Below are positions 49,695-63,525 of a stretch of 64,000 bases of DNA, piece after piece. Each line of letters opens with the position of its first letter. The stretch's first letter is position 1. Below the pieces are notes generated by a model, which saw only the letters and a program-made list of their open reading frames with translations, was not told the origin of the DNA and ran no database searches. The position numbers were made by a program, and so were the translations under genes. The stretch is taken from positions 40,922,001 through 40,986,000 of the forward strand of contig NC_045697.1 of the NCBI RefSeq assembly GCF_009834535.1. Reading direction: 5' to 3'. The stretch is from Camelus ferus. Lineage: Eukaryota.

Positions 49695-50654
49695 TTGTGT
49701 ATTTCCTGCCTCCAGGCTGAAGACTAAACCTCTTTCAGAGGCATTCAATACTCTCCCCAATTTGGCCCAACCTCAGGAGTTCTCTTACCCACCAACCTCC
49801 CTCCATCCCCTCCCCACCCCATCACCACAGACGCCCTCCCGCCAGACTCTTGTGCCACCAGGCTTTGCACAGAGGATTTTCTCCTTGTTGGAATGCCCCT
49901 TCCCCTCCTCTCCAGCGGAAGACTCCCTACCATTATTCAAATTCCAACCTCGAAGAAGCCTTCTCTGATATCTTAACCTTCACACTCTTTACCTACCACA
50001 AACTCTTAGCTCTTCCGTCTGTCAAGTCAAGAGGCTAGATGGGATTAAGGGGAATGTTTGCTCGTCTGAAGGGAAAAGCAGCCAAAAGATACTGCAGCTA
50101 ACAGATGACCTCTGCAACACAGAACTGTGAAGAACTCTGCTGGCGGGGCGGCTGGCAAGATTTCCTCCTACCCGTGAGTGAGAGATCAGCCCCCAAACCA
50201 GCACCATCTGGGGAGGACTCTCATTATGCAACCATCGGATTCTGACCTGGGTTCACAAAATGCAAGTGGAGACCAGTCAACTGTTTTCAACATTTCAAAA
50301 AGTCCAAAGGAAATCACGTATTCGCCCATGGGAAGTGTGTGAAGGACTCCGCTTTGGGCCTTTCTAGAGCTGATGCCAACTCGGTGTGGTAATAACAGTT
50401 AGCTCATGCTGACCAGGAAGTCTCACAACTGCATGTGGTCTGATTAATTTAAATAGGAAAACAAACAAAATTATTTAAATGTAAGTTTGTCTGGTAGAGG
50501 GACTCTTTCAAAACATGAAATCCAAAGGAAAAGGGAAAAAATAGAAGAAAGTAAGAATTAAACACACAGACAGAAGACATCGTTTTGAAGACAGGTACTC
50601 CCCCCTTGGATGTGAACTAATGAAAACAATGCAGATTCCTTCAGACTGAGCTGA

Positions 50655-50975
50655 GGTTCACAGCCTCGGCTACACAGGAGTATCCCCTAACCTGGGAGAT
50701 TTATAAATTCCTGATACTCAGGCCACACCTCAGGCCAGTTAATCTCTGCAGGTGGGACTCATGCATCACTGTTTTTTAAATGTCCTCAGGGGACTTAACG
50801 TACAGCTAAATTAGAGAACCTCTGCTTTCAAGCTGGCCCCTCCCAGTGAGCTGACGGCATGCCTGGTAGAAATGCAGAATCTTAGGTTCCATTCCAGATC
50901 TACCAAATCAGAATTCATATTTTAACAAAATTCTTAGGGGATTCATATGTCCATTAAAGTTTGAGAAACACTGCC
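50655..50975. mobile_element. Two adjacent MER5-like MITEs
   Basis: Two units ending agagaacctctg and aagtttgagaaacactg, with tagaaatgcagaatct...aatcagaat motifs. Confidence 0.6.
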
Positions 50976-51007
50976 TTGGAAAATACAGAACATTTAAGAA
51001 TTGCTTA

Positions 51008-51535
51008 ACCCAGCATTATTTATAACAGCCAAGATATGGAAGCAGCCTAAGTGTCCATCAACAGAAGAATGGATTAATAAGATGTGGAATATATACACAA
51101 TAGAATACCACTCAGCCATTAAAAAAAAAGAAAGAAAGAAAGAAATTTTGCCATTTGCAACAACATGGATGGACTTGGAGGCCATTATGCTAAGTGAAGT
51201 AAGTCAAAGACATATGTTGTATAATAACACTTATATGTAGAATCTAAAAAATACAACAAAGCAGTGAATATAACAGGAAAAAAAGACACAGACAACAGTT
51301 ACCAGTGGGGAGAAGGAAGGGGGAAGGGGCAATATAGGAGTAGGGGATTAAGATGTACAAACTGTTATGTATAAAATAAGCCACATAGATATATTATACA
51401 ACACAAGGAATATAGCCAATATTTTATAGCTATAAACTCACAGATTATTTGAGTATAACCTTTAAAAACTGTGAATCATTTTACTGTACACCTGTAACAT
51501 ATAATAATTGTACATCAACTATGCTTCAAAAAATA
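51008..51535 (+). mobile_element. L1 3' fragment (ORF2 C-terminus and 3' UTR)
   Basis: Translates to ALFITAKIWKQPKCPSTEEWINKMWNIYTIEYHSAIKK...ILPFATTWMDLEAIMLSEVSQ, the canonical L1 ORF2 end. Confidence 0.92.
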
Positions 51536-52404
51536 TTAAATTAGTATTCATTTAAAGCTATTATTTTATTAGAGTATTTAAGATTTTATTAAATTATAAA
51601 ATCTTCCCTAAAATAATTGTTATAATTAATTAGACTTACAAATAAAATAGTAAAATATATGTAAAACTCGACAACAAAAAGAGCAGCTTAACCTCTCAAA
51701 AACAAGTGACCAATATTCCCTGATATTCAGTCTAAAACACTGATCTGTAAACAATGCCTTGGGACAGTCCTCTCTGTTGTTGGAGGTTTTTCCATCCCTT
51801 CAAACTACCCTCAAATTTTCCTGATTACACATAAGAAAAGGGAAAGATTTAAGAATTGGAAGAAAGGGAATATTTCCCAGTCTTTCTTTGCAGGGCTGTT
51901 TTTTCCTTTTGTGAGGGGAAAAAAAACCACATACATAGACAAGCCACAATGATCAGTAAATTGCAATGTGTAAGTTACACAAGATCTGATCTCCACATAC
52001 ATAAAAGAAGTTAACTACTGACAGTTTTTTGTGATACCCGGGCCTGTCCTAACTGTGCGGTTTTTATTCCTAGCAAATGTTTAAATCCAAACAATTCAAA
52101 ATCTAACTTGGGGTCTCAGTTTTACTTTCCACTGCAGGACTGAGGATTTCTTCCAAATTGTCAGAGGAGTTTTAGTTGAGATTTATTTGTCATGAGCTCT
52201 GTCTCCTTCAAGGTCACATGCAAAACAGGAAAATTCAAATGAAATGAAATCAACATTTATTAAGCACATATAATGTCCAAAGCCCTGTGCAACCTTTTAG
52301 AAGAGTTTGTGGGTTTTTTTTTTTTTAATCCTTGTCTTCTGAGCACTTACTGTAACTAAGAGACAGGGTACTCCATTTTCTAAGTCTTAAATATCTTGAA
52401 AATA

Positions 52405-52620
52405 CAGCTGACCCTTGAACAATGCGAGGTTTAGGGGCACCAACTCTCTGCGGAGAAATAACTGCATACCATTTATGGTCCGCCCTCCATACCCAGGGTT
52501 CCTCCGTGTCTGGGGTTCTGCGTCCACAAATTCAACCCATGTGGGATTATGCAGTGCTGCAGGACATTTATTGAAAATAATTCTGAGTAGTCCCAACCTG
52601 TATTGTTCAAAGGTCAACTG
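52405..52620. mobile_element. Tigger2/MER8-like MITE
   Basis: TIRs cagctgacccttgaacaa / ttgttcaaaggtcaactg, preceded by TA. Confidence 0.8.
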
Positions 52621-53059
52621 TGTAACAAATTGAAAGAACCAAAAGCTGATTAATAACCTATTAAACCTTTTCCCGATCAAGGATCTATAGGTGATTGAGC
52701 TAATTAAATAATTAGTTTTAAGCATTATGTTGAAGAACTCATTTAAGAAAATGACAGCAGTTTCAGTTTACAGCACTGCCTATGTTCTCAGGAAGGAGGG
52801 GCCAAGGTAAGAATTCTCAGCTGGGAAGTTGTGAGTGTTTGAACACCTCAAAGCCAAAGCCACTGCTGGCCTCAGGCCTCAATGCTCAATAACATAACGG
52901 GCCCTACACTTCCACTTGGAAATTCACTGAAAGATGACTTTCCCTCCAATACGAGTATACTCCCTCAGTACACATGTTGGAGACACTCAGGAACAGTCTT
53001 AAATACCACAGCCTGAGCATAATGGCAAGCAGAGTGATCGGAATGGTTCTGTTAGTGAT

Positions 53060-53310
53060 ACGAATTGCCAGTGCTTGCTGATGGCCTATAATACGCCTGG
53101 CCTTGTCCTGAGTGCTTTGCTGGTATTAAGTTAATTCTCAACACAAGCTGTTAAGCCAAGTACAGTATTACCATCCTGCTTTACAGATAAGAAAAGTGAG
53201 GCCCAGGAAGCTGGTAATTTTCTCCAAGTCAGGGGTTTGTAAGTGGTGGGACAGAGCTATGACCCTAGGTCTCTGGCTCCAGGTTCCTGACTCCTAGTCA
53301 CTACGCCACT
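53060..53310 (-). mobile_element. MIR
   Basis: ctttacagataagaaaagtgaggcccagg...ctctggctccagg...cactacgcca. Confidence 0.68.
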
Positions 53311-55024
53311 CATGCAGCCTCTCTGGAGAAGCTACTGTCACTCTCTCAAGGAAACAGTCGCAGGGTTACTTCCATGTTTTCAGAAAATCATTTTTCGTGA
53401 TATCTGTTTCATCACAACACTCCCAAATTTGACATGACTTTCGAGCCCAGCTAGATGGCTCCTGCGAAATGCAAACGGTGATTTATTATCATGGTTGGTT
53501 TGGTTTTCTTTAGGAGTGTTTGGGGTTGAAATTCAACATCTGGGACCAGAGCACCTACCATTTTTCAATGACTAAGCATAAGGATATTTTTTTTTAAAAG
53601 CAATTTGAAGTAAACATCGAACTCCAGTCCTGTTTTTCACCCGATATTTTGGTACCATGAACCCTACAGTCCCCCACAATGATTCATAAGTCACGTGAAA
53701 ACGTCGTTTTCATCCTTCAGAAAAGATGGTGGTAGGAAGTTTGCAGAGCTACAGGTTAATGCTACTGCACAACATGACTGGGTCACAGTAATACAGTTAC
53801 TGATGGTGGTGACATCAAGGACAATCATTTTATGACTAGGAAGTGATTTTAGAATACGAACTAACTTGGCTGAAACAATTTCAACTCACAGAATTTCTCT
53901 CTCCTCCCTCACTTTAACAAATGTATAGTTGCAAGGGGCCAACCATATATGTAGGTTATAGATTTCCAACAACCTCAGATAAGTGGGTCACAGCTGAGAG
54001 ACCAAGATAAAATAATAAATCAAGAAACACTGTCGACCCAAACAATTTTCCTAACACTCATACATTTATTCTCAGAGTTAAGTCAAGGTCCTGGGAAATT
54101 CACTGGCTTTGGACAGCTTCCTACAGCCTACATGCAATACTTAAGCCCTAGGTTTTCAACCAACTTTGATGACGTCTATAGCACATTACCCAAGACATCT
54201 TTGGCAAGAACCTCCTTGCACTCTCCCCACTCATGGCTGGTGGCTAGCAGTTTTGTTTCATGGACAGCAGCCTCTCTGAGCCCAGCCTGAAACTGCTCTC
54301 GGGGAGCCTGGGGTTTCAAGAAATTGTGCTGTACACAAGCTCTCGTGTACAGTTCTCTGAAGATGGATTCTATGGCAGTGTGTTTTGTTCATACCTCTCT
54401 GATGTCAACAGCTAGCCAAGACTCTTTGGATATTACCAAAGCAGGGGTGCCAGTGCCCCCCAACCCCACCGCTGCCTTTCACAACTCATGCAGTCTAAAG
54501 GGCTAAATCTTTACTACACTACAACGGTTACTGCCTCCGGTTTCCACATGGGTATTAGTTATCCCCTCTTCAGGAATGAGAACTTCCACATGGAGGGCTG
54601 GCTCTCAGCCAAGTCTGACTCAGTCCAGTCTATAAATTGTTGTCAAGCCCCTGGCAGACCCCTGGCTCAAGGTTCAGAACTGTTGTGTTCAGACCCTGCT
54701 AGGGAGGGGGCAAGTGACCAGGAGAAAAGCACAGAGCAGCTTTCTAGGGTCAGTCAGGTCGATCGGCCCCAGCCCTGGAGTTCCTGCCCCCAGAGGTGCA
54801 CAGATTAAATAAAGCCTTGTCCACAAGCAACACAACTGCTTGCACATAACAGTGTAAGACTAGGAGAAGGAAAACAAGAGGGAGTGGCTACGACATAAAG
54901 AGCAGAGAGCAAACAGAAAAGACATCTAATCCTCTTCCCTACCTCACATGTGAGAAATTCAAGTACCACCGTTTTACAGCTTTAAACAGACTTACAGATG
55001 AAGATTTAAAAAAAAAAAAAAAGA

Positions 55025-56305
55025 ACATAACCACAATACTACTATCCCACCTAAAACTTTCCCTTTAATATTCATATTCATAAAATTTTCCTTTAATAAT
55101 CTCAACTATCCAGTTAGTCTTCAAATTTAATTGATGTGCCCAGACCCAAACAAGGTCCTTTCATTACAGAGCTGATAGGCCTGTTCAGTCTTTTAATAAT
55201 CTATGTATTTTTTTCTTGAGGTTTATTTGGGGGAAAATTATTTTCTACAGAGTTCTCACATTGTGGATTTTGCTGATAGCATGAAGTGTCCTGTAACACG
55301 TTTCTCAGTCCAGTGTATTTCCAATAAACTGGCTTGATCAGATTCCTGTCCAAACTTTTGGAAAGACTGTTTCATGGATGGTTTGTCTACATCCCACGGA
55401 ATCCCGTCAGGATACACAATAGTTAACTCTTTAAAAAAAAAAAATTAACATTAAATAATGGATTTGGGTAATAATAGCCATCCCAAACCATCCCATTAAA
55501 AAGTTTCTCACCATCTTTTAACATAATGATATTATCAGCTACTGGTAATCACTGCCTACCCAGTTTGAAAATGAATATTGGAATGATAATATTCCAATGC
55601 TATCACTGTATTTGCTATTTTTTCTTATTTTGTTATTTTTTTAAATAACTTTTCCTCATTAATTATTTGGTTACCCAAAGTATTCAGGAAATTAGGCTAA
55701 ACACTTGATTCTTTGTTTCTTTTTTTGTTTTTTAAAAATTATATATTGGTTCTCTACCATTCTCCAAAGGTAACTAATGGATTTTGTTGTTTTAGTATCA
55801 TTTTAAATCCATGGGTTTAAACATTTGATGTGTTTTAATCCACTGCAGTTTTTATTCGTTTGTGTCCCACTGGCTGATCTTTGGCTGCAAGAAACCCTTC
55901 AAGTTGTTTCTGGAGTCCTCCTGCTCTCACACCAATAATCTCTGATAGTGTTTGTTTTCTGGTGATGATGAGAAAAGGTAGGCTCATCTTGTACATTTCC
56001 AGACCCAGATCTAGAATCTAATTCCAGTCTTTACTGCAAAAAGCCCCGATTCCTTTTAGTGAGAAATGGTGTGTAAAATCTATACCGTGGGGTCTGGGAG
56101 AGTGCCCTGCCGCTGCGTTGGCCATTTTTATGTTTCTCTCCTCAAGGGCCAGAAGAAGGAAATGCAATTTTTGAAAACATACTAGGCAGCGTTAGTTTCC
56201 ATTGATATTTTCAATTAAATTTAGGGTTATAGTGTTTTTACTTAGCCTCTTTGATTCTGTTTGTATCTCTTTTCTCTCACACTGAAAATTTTGTTTCCTA
56301 ACCAG
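55025..56305 (-). mobile_element. Old L1 (L1MC-like) 3' region
   Basis: acataaccacaatactactatcccacct...ggctcatcttgtacatttcc...gattccttttagtgagaaatggt. Confidence 0.6.
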
Positions 56306-56390
56306 TGCAATAATGATAGCTACGTCGTTACTAAACATGTTTGCTGAGAACAGTTTAAGGTTTCTCTGTCATTAAAAGTTACTTAAAGTA

Positions 56391-57447
56391 CAGACGATCC
56401 TCACTGGCAGAGGAGTGCAGGACATAAAAAGGACTGCCCAGGCTAAAACTCCACAAAACAATCGTTAATAATCAATGGGGTAAATTACAGTTGTTTCATG
56501 TCTTTAACCAATTTTTTTCAAAACACTAAAAGTTCAGAAGTTTATAGGCAAAAAAACTAATATATATATAAGGAATATGTTACATATAAATAGTATATAC
56601 AAAATGATACATATAAGTACTTAATATAGTTACCAGTTTACGGGGAAATGAACAAAATAGGAAAACTAACATTTCATTTAGTGTACTGTGATCTAAGACA
56701 TTAGACACATTTGAGAATTGAGGGGTTTCATTTGTTTAAAAAAAGAGTTCTTTGAGCAGTGCCTGCTTCTCCTTATCACGTAACTTATGACACAAGCGGA
56801 CATCTTTTCCATGCCCTAGCCAAGTGTCACAATGGATCAACTTTAAAGGTGGTGAAATATCTCTGGGAGTTCTTTTAATGTGAGCACTTTGAGGCACCAC
56901 TTCCTCTGAGACGTCGTCATCCTTTCCATCTCAACCACTTGGCTTATTTATTTCAGTGTTACTTCCACTCCGCTCCCCTGGCAGCACATGCCCACAGTCA
57001 GCTATTTCTTCTCTAACTTCACTCAGGCGCTATTTGAATTTCACTCCCAGCATTGTCACTTATTGTTTCTGTCCTGCACTTTGGTCTTTGTTGGCCAATT
57101 CTCTCTTTCGACTATGCATCTGTGTGAAAGGTCACACGGGTTTATCACTGGGAGACAAGGAGGCAACACAGTGACAGGCTTTGCTATCTGTGCATGAGCT
57201 AAATGACCACCTCAGCGACCAATCACCAAAAGGCTTTAAAAGCAGTGACATGACTGGTCACTGATCATGATGCTGTCTGTTATTTAAACAGTGATTTGTG
57301 GAGTAATGAGCTGGCAGCAAAGTTTGTGCTTTATGAAACTGCTGTGCTCACTGAAATTTGAATCACTGTGTTGGAGGACTGGTGTCATTTAAACCATGAC
57401 AACTGAAGTGTGTGTGTACTGGAACTGTGCAAAGTAAGGACTGACTG
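56391..57447 (-). mobile_element. Tigger13-like (TcMar-Tigger) DNA transposon with both ends present
   Basis: TA flanks at 56389-56390 and 57448-57449; imperfect TIRs cagacgatcctcact / agtaaggactgactg. Internal sequence recognisable as Tigger13a-like. Confidence 0.7.
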
Positions 57448-57539
57448 TAATTCCTCTCAGTAAATATAAACCACCAATTACAGAAACTATTAATTTCACT
57501 TGCTCATTGTTGCTTTCAATTTTTAAGGGATCGTTTTCC

Positions 57540-58430
57540 CCTCTTTGATTTTGTTTTGTAATTGTGTGTAACATTTAGTAGTTCCAAAGTGAGCCACAAA
57601 GCAAGGTACATTCAGGTGCATCTAGCTTGTTTTTGTTCCCCCATCAGTTTTTGGTTTATCCTCTTATTACATATTTTTTAATACAAGCAAATACATATAC
57701 ATTTTCATAGTCTTCTTCCCTTACTAAATAAAAGATAACATAACTATACATAATATTCTGCACCTTATTTTTTAAAATTATATATCTTAGAGAAAATTTA
57801 GGCTCATCTTAAAGGTATAGCTATGTGTTAAAGTAGCGCCTAGTATGCACAAGGTCCCAGGTTCATTCCCCAGTACCTCCACTAAAATAAATAAATACCT
57901 AATTACCTTCCCCAAAACACACAAAAATTTTTTTAAATAAAATAAAATATCTTAGAGATCACACAACAGCAGAAAACAGTCCCCATTTCTTTTTATAGTT
58001 GTGAAGCGCTCCACTGTGTTGCAGGACCTGATTTTTAAACACCAACTCCCTGTTGACATTTGGGTTGTTCCCAGTCTTTTGCTATCACACACAGTCCGTA
58101 ATAAATAAACTTACAGATATCTTTTTCTTATTTTTGCCAGTGTATCTTGAGGATAAATTCCTAGAAGGGAGCTGGCTAGATCAAAAGGTAAATGCAAATG
58201 TAACTCTGCTCCCTACCGCCAATTCCCCTCCGAGGGCTCTGCATGCTGCGTTCCCACCGCTCTGAGTGGGAGCGCAGTACCGTCCCCCCTACAGTCTTAT
58301 CAACAAAACGTGCTGTTGAACTTTTGCTTTTTACCACCCCTGATAGACAAGATCTGATAGTGCTGTGTAGTTTTCATTTGCATCCCTCTTAGTATGCATG
58401 ACTGAGCATCTTTTCATATCAAAGGGACAT
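57540..58430 (-). mobile_element. Old L1 (L1ME-like) fragment interrupted by a SINE
   Basis: ctgttgacatttgggttgttcccagtcttttgctat...ggataaattcctagaag...ttttcatttgcat...gagcatcttttcata. Confidence 0.65.
57811..57946 (+). mobile_element. tRNA-Ala-derived SINE with a diverged head, inserted in an old L1
   Basis: ggtatagct...tatgcacaaggtcccaggttcattccccagtacctcca plus tail. TSD atatcttagaga at 57782-57793 and 57947-57958. Confidence 0.85.
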
Positions 58431-59394
58431 TTTAAAACCATAACTGTTTTGACAGGTTTGATATTGTAGAGTAAGAGTTTTCATACAAACTATCCACAAA
58501 GATAAAAAAAGAACTATTAAACACATTCCTTAAAAAATCTGAGAATTTAAATACACTCCCCCCCAACACACACACAGACTTTATTCATATCAGTTCATCT
58601 AATCAATACATATTTGAGGGGTTTGTTGCACCAGGACCTGCCCCTGATGTGCTAACAGAGGCTGGGCAGAGGGGCGTGGGAAGGCCATGGAAGAAGTTAA
58701 GTGTTTAGTGGGCACCCCAGTCATCGGCACATCACTGGAGTAGAGAGTATCTGAGGCAAACTTTCAACAACAGTTCACTGGGTCAAAAGAGAAAGGGTTT
58801 TCTAGGCTTTAGAGATGGTCTGAGCCAAGAGTAATAAATGGTCACAACAGAACAAACCTGCCTTTTCTATTTTAAAAATAAAAATCTTAAAGAGGTGGTG
58901 GGATAGTCCACAGGTGCCAGAATTATGGTGAGAAAAGCAGAAAGAGATACAACCAAAAGTTTAAACTACTATAATTAAACCCTGTAACTAGGTACCTCTA
59001 ACCTGATGTAATGCCCAGCACTGATTATGGAGTCCACAAAAAGTAATCCAAGAAGAGAGTCCAGGGAGGTATTCTGTTGAAGGACAAGGATACAACCCCT
59101 ATTCCACATGGGTGGAATCCTTTCCACTCAGGATTAGAATCTGAGAAGCCAGCAGGCTTACAATGAAACTTTTTATACTGTGCAATTTACTAGACAGAGT
59201 CTGTCATGATACAAGCATGAAATGTAGCAACGAGAAAGAAGCTACCACCACCAATAAGACAGTATTAAAAAGTAATTCTGAGATTCTTTGGTTGAAGTAA
59301 TTACACATCTAAACAAAAACCCCAATATAACTAAACCACTTCATAGCTTACTTCTCACTAAACCTATCAGCAACCATTTACCTTTCCCCTCACA

Positions 59395-59522
59395 CCCACA
59401 ATTAAGACTGTAAGAGTCAACACAACCCAGGGCAGAGTACACGGCTGATTCATCTCTGTATCCCCCACAGCACCATGTGAAGTAGGCATTCAATAAATAT
59501 TTGGTGTATGAAAGAATGAAAA
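59395..59522 (+). mobile_element. L2 3' end
   Basis: agactgtaag...ctctgtatcccccacagcacc...gtaggcattcaataaatatttggtgtatgaaagaatgaa. Confidence 0.65.
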
Positions 59523-60965
59523 CACCCTCCCATAGTAACAAGCCCAGACTTTTCCATGGGAGGACCTTTCTTGAATTATACGTTAGGGCAACTCCCTAGT
59601 AAACCTTCCAAATAAATTCAACAAACACTTACCGGGTACCCAGTAAGCTCAGTATTAGACACTATTCTTGGCAGTGGCCTGAAAAGATGAGTAACCCCTA
59701 GTCCCTAACACCCGGAGGGAACTCAGTCTACTGTGTGAGAAACACGAACTATAAAATACAATGGGAAAATGCCTCTGTGGAGAGAAAATGATGTGGGAAC
59801 ACAGGTGAAGGAACAAGTCATTATGCAGGGACTGAGGGGGAAAGGTGAGCTCAGAGAATCCACAAAACTTCAATCCCAGCCCCCTCCTCCCCAACACTCA
59901 TACATGCTCATATCCACTCTAAAACAGTATTTGAAAAAACAGACGATCAAATCGTTCCACCGCAAAGAACCCTTCAAGGGTCTACAATAGGTCAAAGCTT
60001 ATCTCCACTCAACGCAAAAGCCACAACCACCACCACCTGCAGCTAGTGGGCGCCTGCCGTTTTCAATCCTTACAGTAACCTGAGGTTGCTGCTGCCATTT
60101 CAGTTTGACAGACCAGGAAACTGAGGGCACAGAATGATTATTTTTTTTTAATTTTGTCCTAGATGTCGGACATGGGAAAGCCAGAGCCCAGTTCTGGCAC
60201 AGAGCTCCTTTTGTGATCACCCACTTCTCAGCCTCATCTCCTGCCTCTGGGCTCCTTGCACCATAAAACTTCAGTAATATCAAACTACTTTAAATTCTGT
60301 GAACACAACTCAAGTTGTTTCAAACCTCTGTGCTCCTACGTGGAAAGCCCGTCAGCCACCCCTCACCAAAGCCTTCCTCGGCACGGCAATAAAAACTGTG
60401 TGCCCCTCCCATGATCAAGTATCCTTTGTCACAACCCACCATCCTTGAGCTTATCACACTGTATTATAACTCCTCGTTTGCATTTACATTTCTACACTTA
60501 GTTCTCCTGTACTTACCCTATGACAATCAACCTTTATCATGCTTCACTGTAATTACTTGTTTAAATGTCTTTGAAGACTTTTAAGTCTTTTAAGACTGTC
60601 TTAAGGAGTTTTGTATCCCCAGCACACGGTGCACAGGAAGCCCTAAATAAATGTTTGTTGAACTGAAACCAAATAAAGGTGAAGGTAGGATAAACAGGCT
60701 TTTCCCAGGAAAACAAAGTAGTGTTGGAAGACCATTCCAGGCCTGGGACCAACAGGGTCAGGAACACAGAAGTACAGGAAGACATGGCTTTCGGAGGGGA
60801 AGCAGTGAAAACTCATGTTGCTCTGCAGGGAGCCCAGGAGACACACAGGGCAAGCACCAAAGAGGTGAGTGCCTATCAGGCTGCATACACCCTCAACATG
60901 CTCCTTAGGCAACAGTGATCCAGCAGAGTTTTTTAAACAGTTGTGGGTTAGAAAGATCACTCCAG

Positions 60966-61130
60966 GAGGGGAGGGTATAGCTCAAGTGGTAGAGCACACA
61001 CTTAGCATGCACAAGGTCCTGGGTCAAATCCCCAGTACCTCCTCTAAAAATAAATAACTAAATAAACCTAATTACCTCCCCCACCAACAAAAAAAATTTT
61101 TTAATAATAATAGTCTTTAAAAAAAGAAGA
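60966..61130 (+). mobile_element. tRNA-Ala-derived SINE
   Basis: Full head and tail. TSD agaaagatcactccag (60950-60965) / agaaagttcactccag (61131-61146). Confidence 0.92.
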
Positions 61131-62814
61131 AGAAAGTTCACTCCAGCAGACACGGGGGATGGAGGAGGCAGCAGCTGGCTAGAGGAACAGGGAACTGGAG
61201 TCGGCTGGAGAAGTCCAGGCAGTTACTGTCAATAGTATTTACAAGACAACAGGGAAAGAAAGAGGGCCTGGAATCTGAGACCAGAAAGGGACAGCAGAAC
61301 CTTCTAAACCACGAGCTGAGAGTTGTTCTTGGTGTCATGACCCCCAACCTTATTAGCTAGTCACCAAAGTTCTTTTCTGAATTTAACTGATGTGAGCAAA
61401 ACATTACATTCAACTTCTTAAAAGTGTATGTGAAAAGCTTCCTTGTGGTTGTTTCCAATTGTTAGCCTCTGAGATACTTGATTTGCATACTGTTAATTAG
61501 AAGAAATATCATCCTTTCAGGAAATCATAAGTTAGCGATTCTTGATGGCATTTCCTGTCTGATTCCCTTCATTTGCACTTAAAACCTTGGAAGAAAAGCA
61601 AATTCACAGCAACCAAAATGATAATGGTGGAACAGCCTTTAGAAGGAGACCATATTTAATATAGAAATCACTGCATTTCTAAAAACTCTAAAGTTTAGGT
61701 AGGACTAAGTTGAACTCTGCCACAGCGATGCTACAAGCGAGATGGCATGACCCCAAAGCCCCCCAAAGAAAGTAAAAATGAATCAGAGTAACCGTGGTTC
61801 TCAGTGGGGAGCTCTTACACAGGACATGTCACCTCCTTCCACGACCCTGCAACACCTTATTGACACTTCCATTAGAATACTTATATCACACAGTTTCATT
61901 ATTTATCCGTGTGCCTTATCTCTCTGGTTAAAGGGACCCCTTATATCTTGATCCTCTTTAGACACCAGATTTTAACGTACCATCTGACATAGTAAACGTT
62001 CAATAAATACTAAATGAATGAATGAACAAAAAAACTCTAAAAGTGGGGGTGGGGCTTTCATAATAAAAGCTTTCTTGGTCATCATTCTAATTCCAGGAAA
62101 TAAAGCTGAGCAAATCTGTTATTTGGTACTTCCTATCTCTCTACCAAATCAATCTGCTTCCAGAAATAAGGAAAAAGGTAAGCTGCTATTCTAGTCTAAA
62201 TATTTGCATTAAAATTTGAAGGCCACACCGTAATTTGCACACTTCCTTTTTTTTCCTACTATAAAGGGTGATTTTAAGCACAAAAAAAAAAAAAAAAGAG
62301 GTGGGGGGATTGTCTGAGGCAGAATTGGGAAGCCCAATGTAAAATTCAGTATAACCTACTAAGCAATTCTGTAGATTACTTCTCAGTGTATCACTCTCTC
62401 ACCCTGCCCCCTCCAAGAGGCTGCAGCAACCAGGTGTGATGGGCATGAGACCCAGCCTAACTGGTCTTCCCACCTCCAGCCTCTGCCAGCTCCATATTTT
62501 GCTGCCAAATTAACCTCCCTACAGTACAGCCTGTGATTAACAGAACCAAAATGAAATCACTGTCCTCTGCCTTCCAACGCCTCTGTGCAGCAGTGCACGC
62601 ACTCATTCAAGTCCATTGCAACATCAAGGCCAGAAGCCTCAGGGATGTCTCTGACCTCCCAAACCAACTAGCATAAATCCTAGAGCTTCACTGGTCCCGG
62701 TTTTCATCTTTCCCTCCCTCTCCTTTCCATTCAACCTGCTTTCACTCCCCCTTCTGGTGCTACCAGGCCCAGGTTAGATCAGCTATGACCAAGAAAAACA
62801 GAATGGGGGCTACA

Positions 62815-63110
62815 AAGACTAATTTTAAATTTGCCAGTAGCCATATTAAAACGGTAAAAAACAAAAACAAAAACAAAGAAACCAGTGCAATACAATTTAT
62901 TTAAACCAGTATATACAAAAAGTGTTTTCACTGTTTAACTTATAATCAATATGAAGTTACTGATGAGATCTTTTACATTTTTCTCCAGACCAAGTCTTTG
63001 AAATCTGTGTGTATTATGCATTTCCAGGACATCTCAATCCAGGCCAGCCACATTTCAAGGGCTCAACAGCCACGTATGGCCAGTGGCTGCTTCACTGAAC
63101 TCTAACAGTG
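62815..63110. mobile_element. MER33/MER3-like hAT MITE
   Basis: ccagtagccatattaaaa...agccacatttcaagggctcaacagccacgtatggccagtggct. Confidence 0.72.
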
Positions 63111-63159
63111 CAGGCTTAGGAATGACCCCACTGCATCCACTGCCTCCTTCTTTTTCTCC

Positions 63160-63525
63160 TTTTGAAAATACTTTAATCCAGCTCTAATAGACCATTCCCT
63201 AAACCCATTTTCTTCCATGTCACTCCTCTGGCTGTCCCTTAAGCATGTCTTTTCTGCTTCTCTCCAAACTTCAATATCCAGCTCAAGTGCTACCTCATCC
63301 ATGAAGCCGTTCCCTTACCCTCCCCTCATAATTCATCTCTATCTCCTTTGTGCTTCCACGTCCTCTTTGCAACTCTAATAACATTGGTGCTTTTGCCCGT
63401 TGTACCCAGCAGACTGTAAACTCCCTAAAGACATAGCATTGCTGTTTATATGATGGCTCTCAAAGAACACAGGGCAGTGCTTTGCATGCAGCAGACTCTT
63501 GATGAACTTCTGATGAAATGAATTC
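63160..63525 (+). mobile_element. L2 3' fragment
   Basis: ccagctcaagtgctacctcatccatgaagccgttccct...agactgtaaactcc...tgatgaaatgaat. Confidence 0.55.

Noticed and set aside
51001..51240. 79-aa ORF as a gene
   Set aside because: It is the C-terminal end of L1 ORF2 in a 5'-truncated element.
60040..60053. CTCF-like motif CAGCTAGTGGGCGC
   Set aside because: Two mismatches in core positions; not supportable without ChIP or conservation data.
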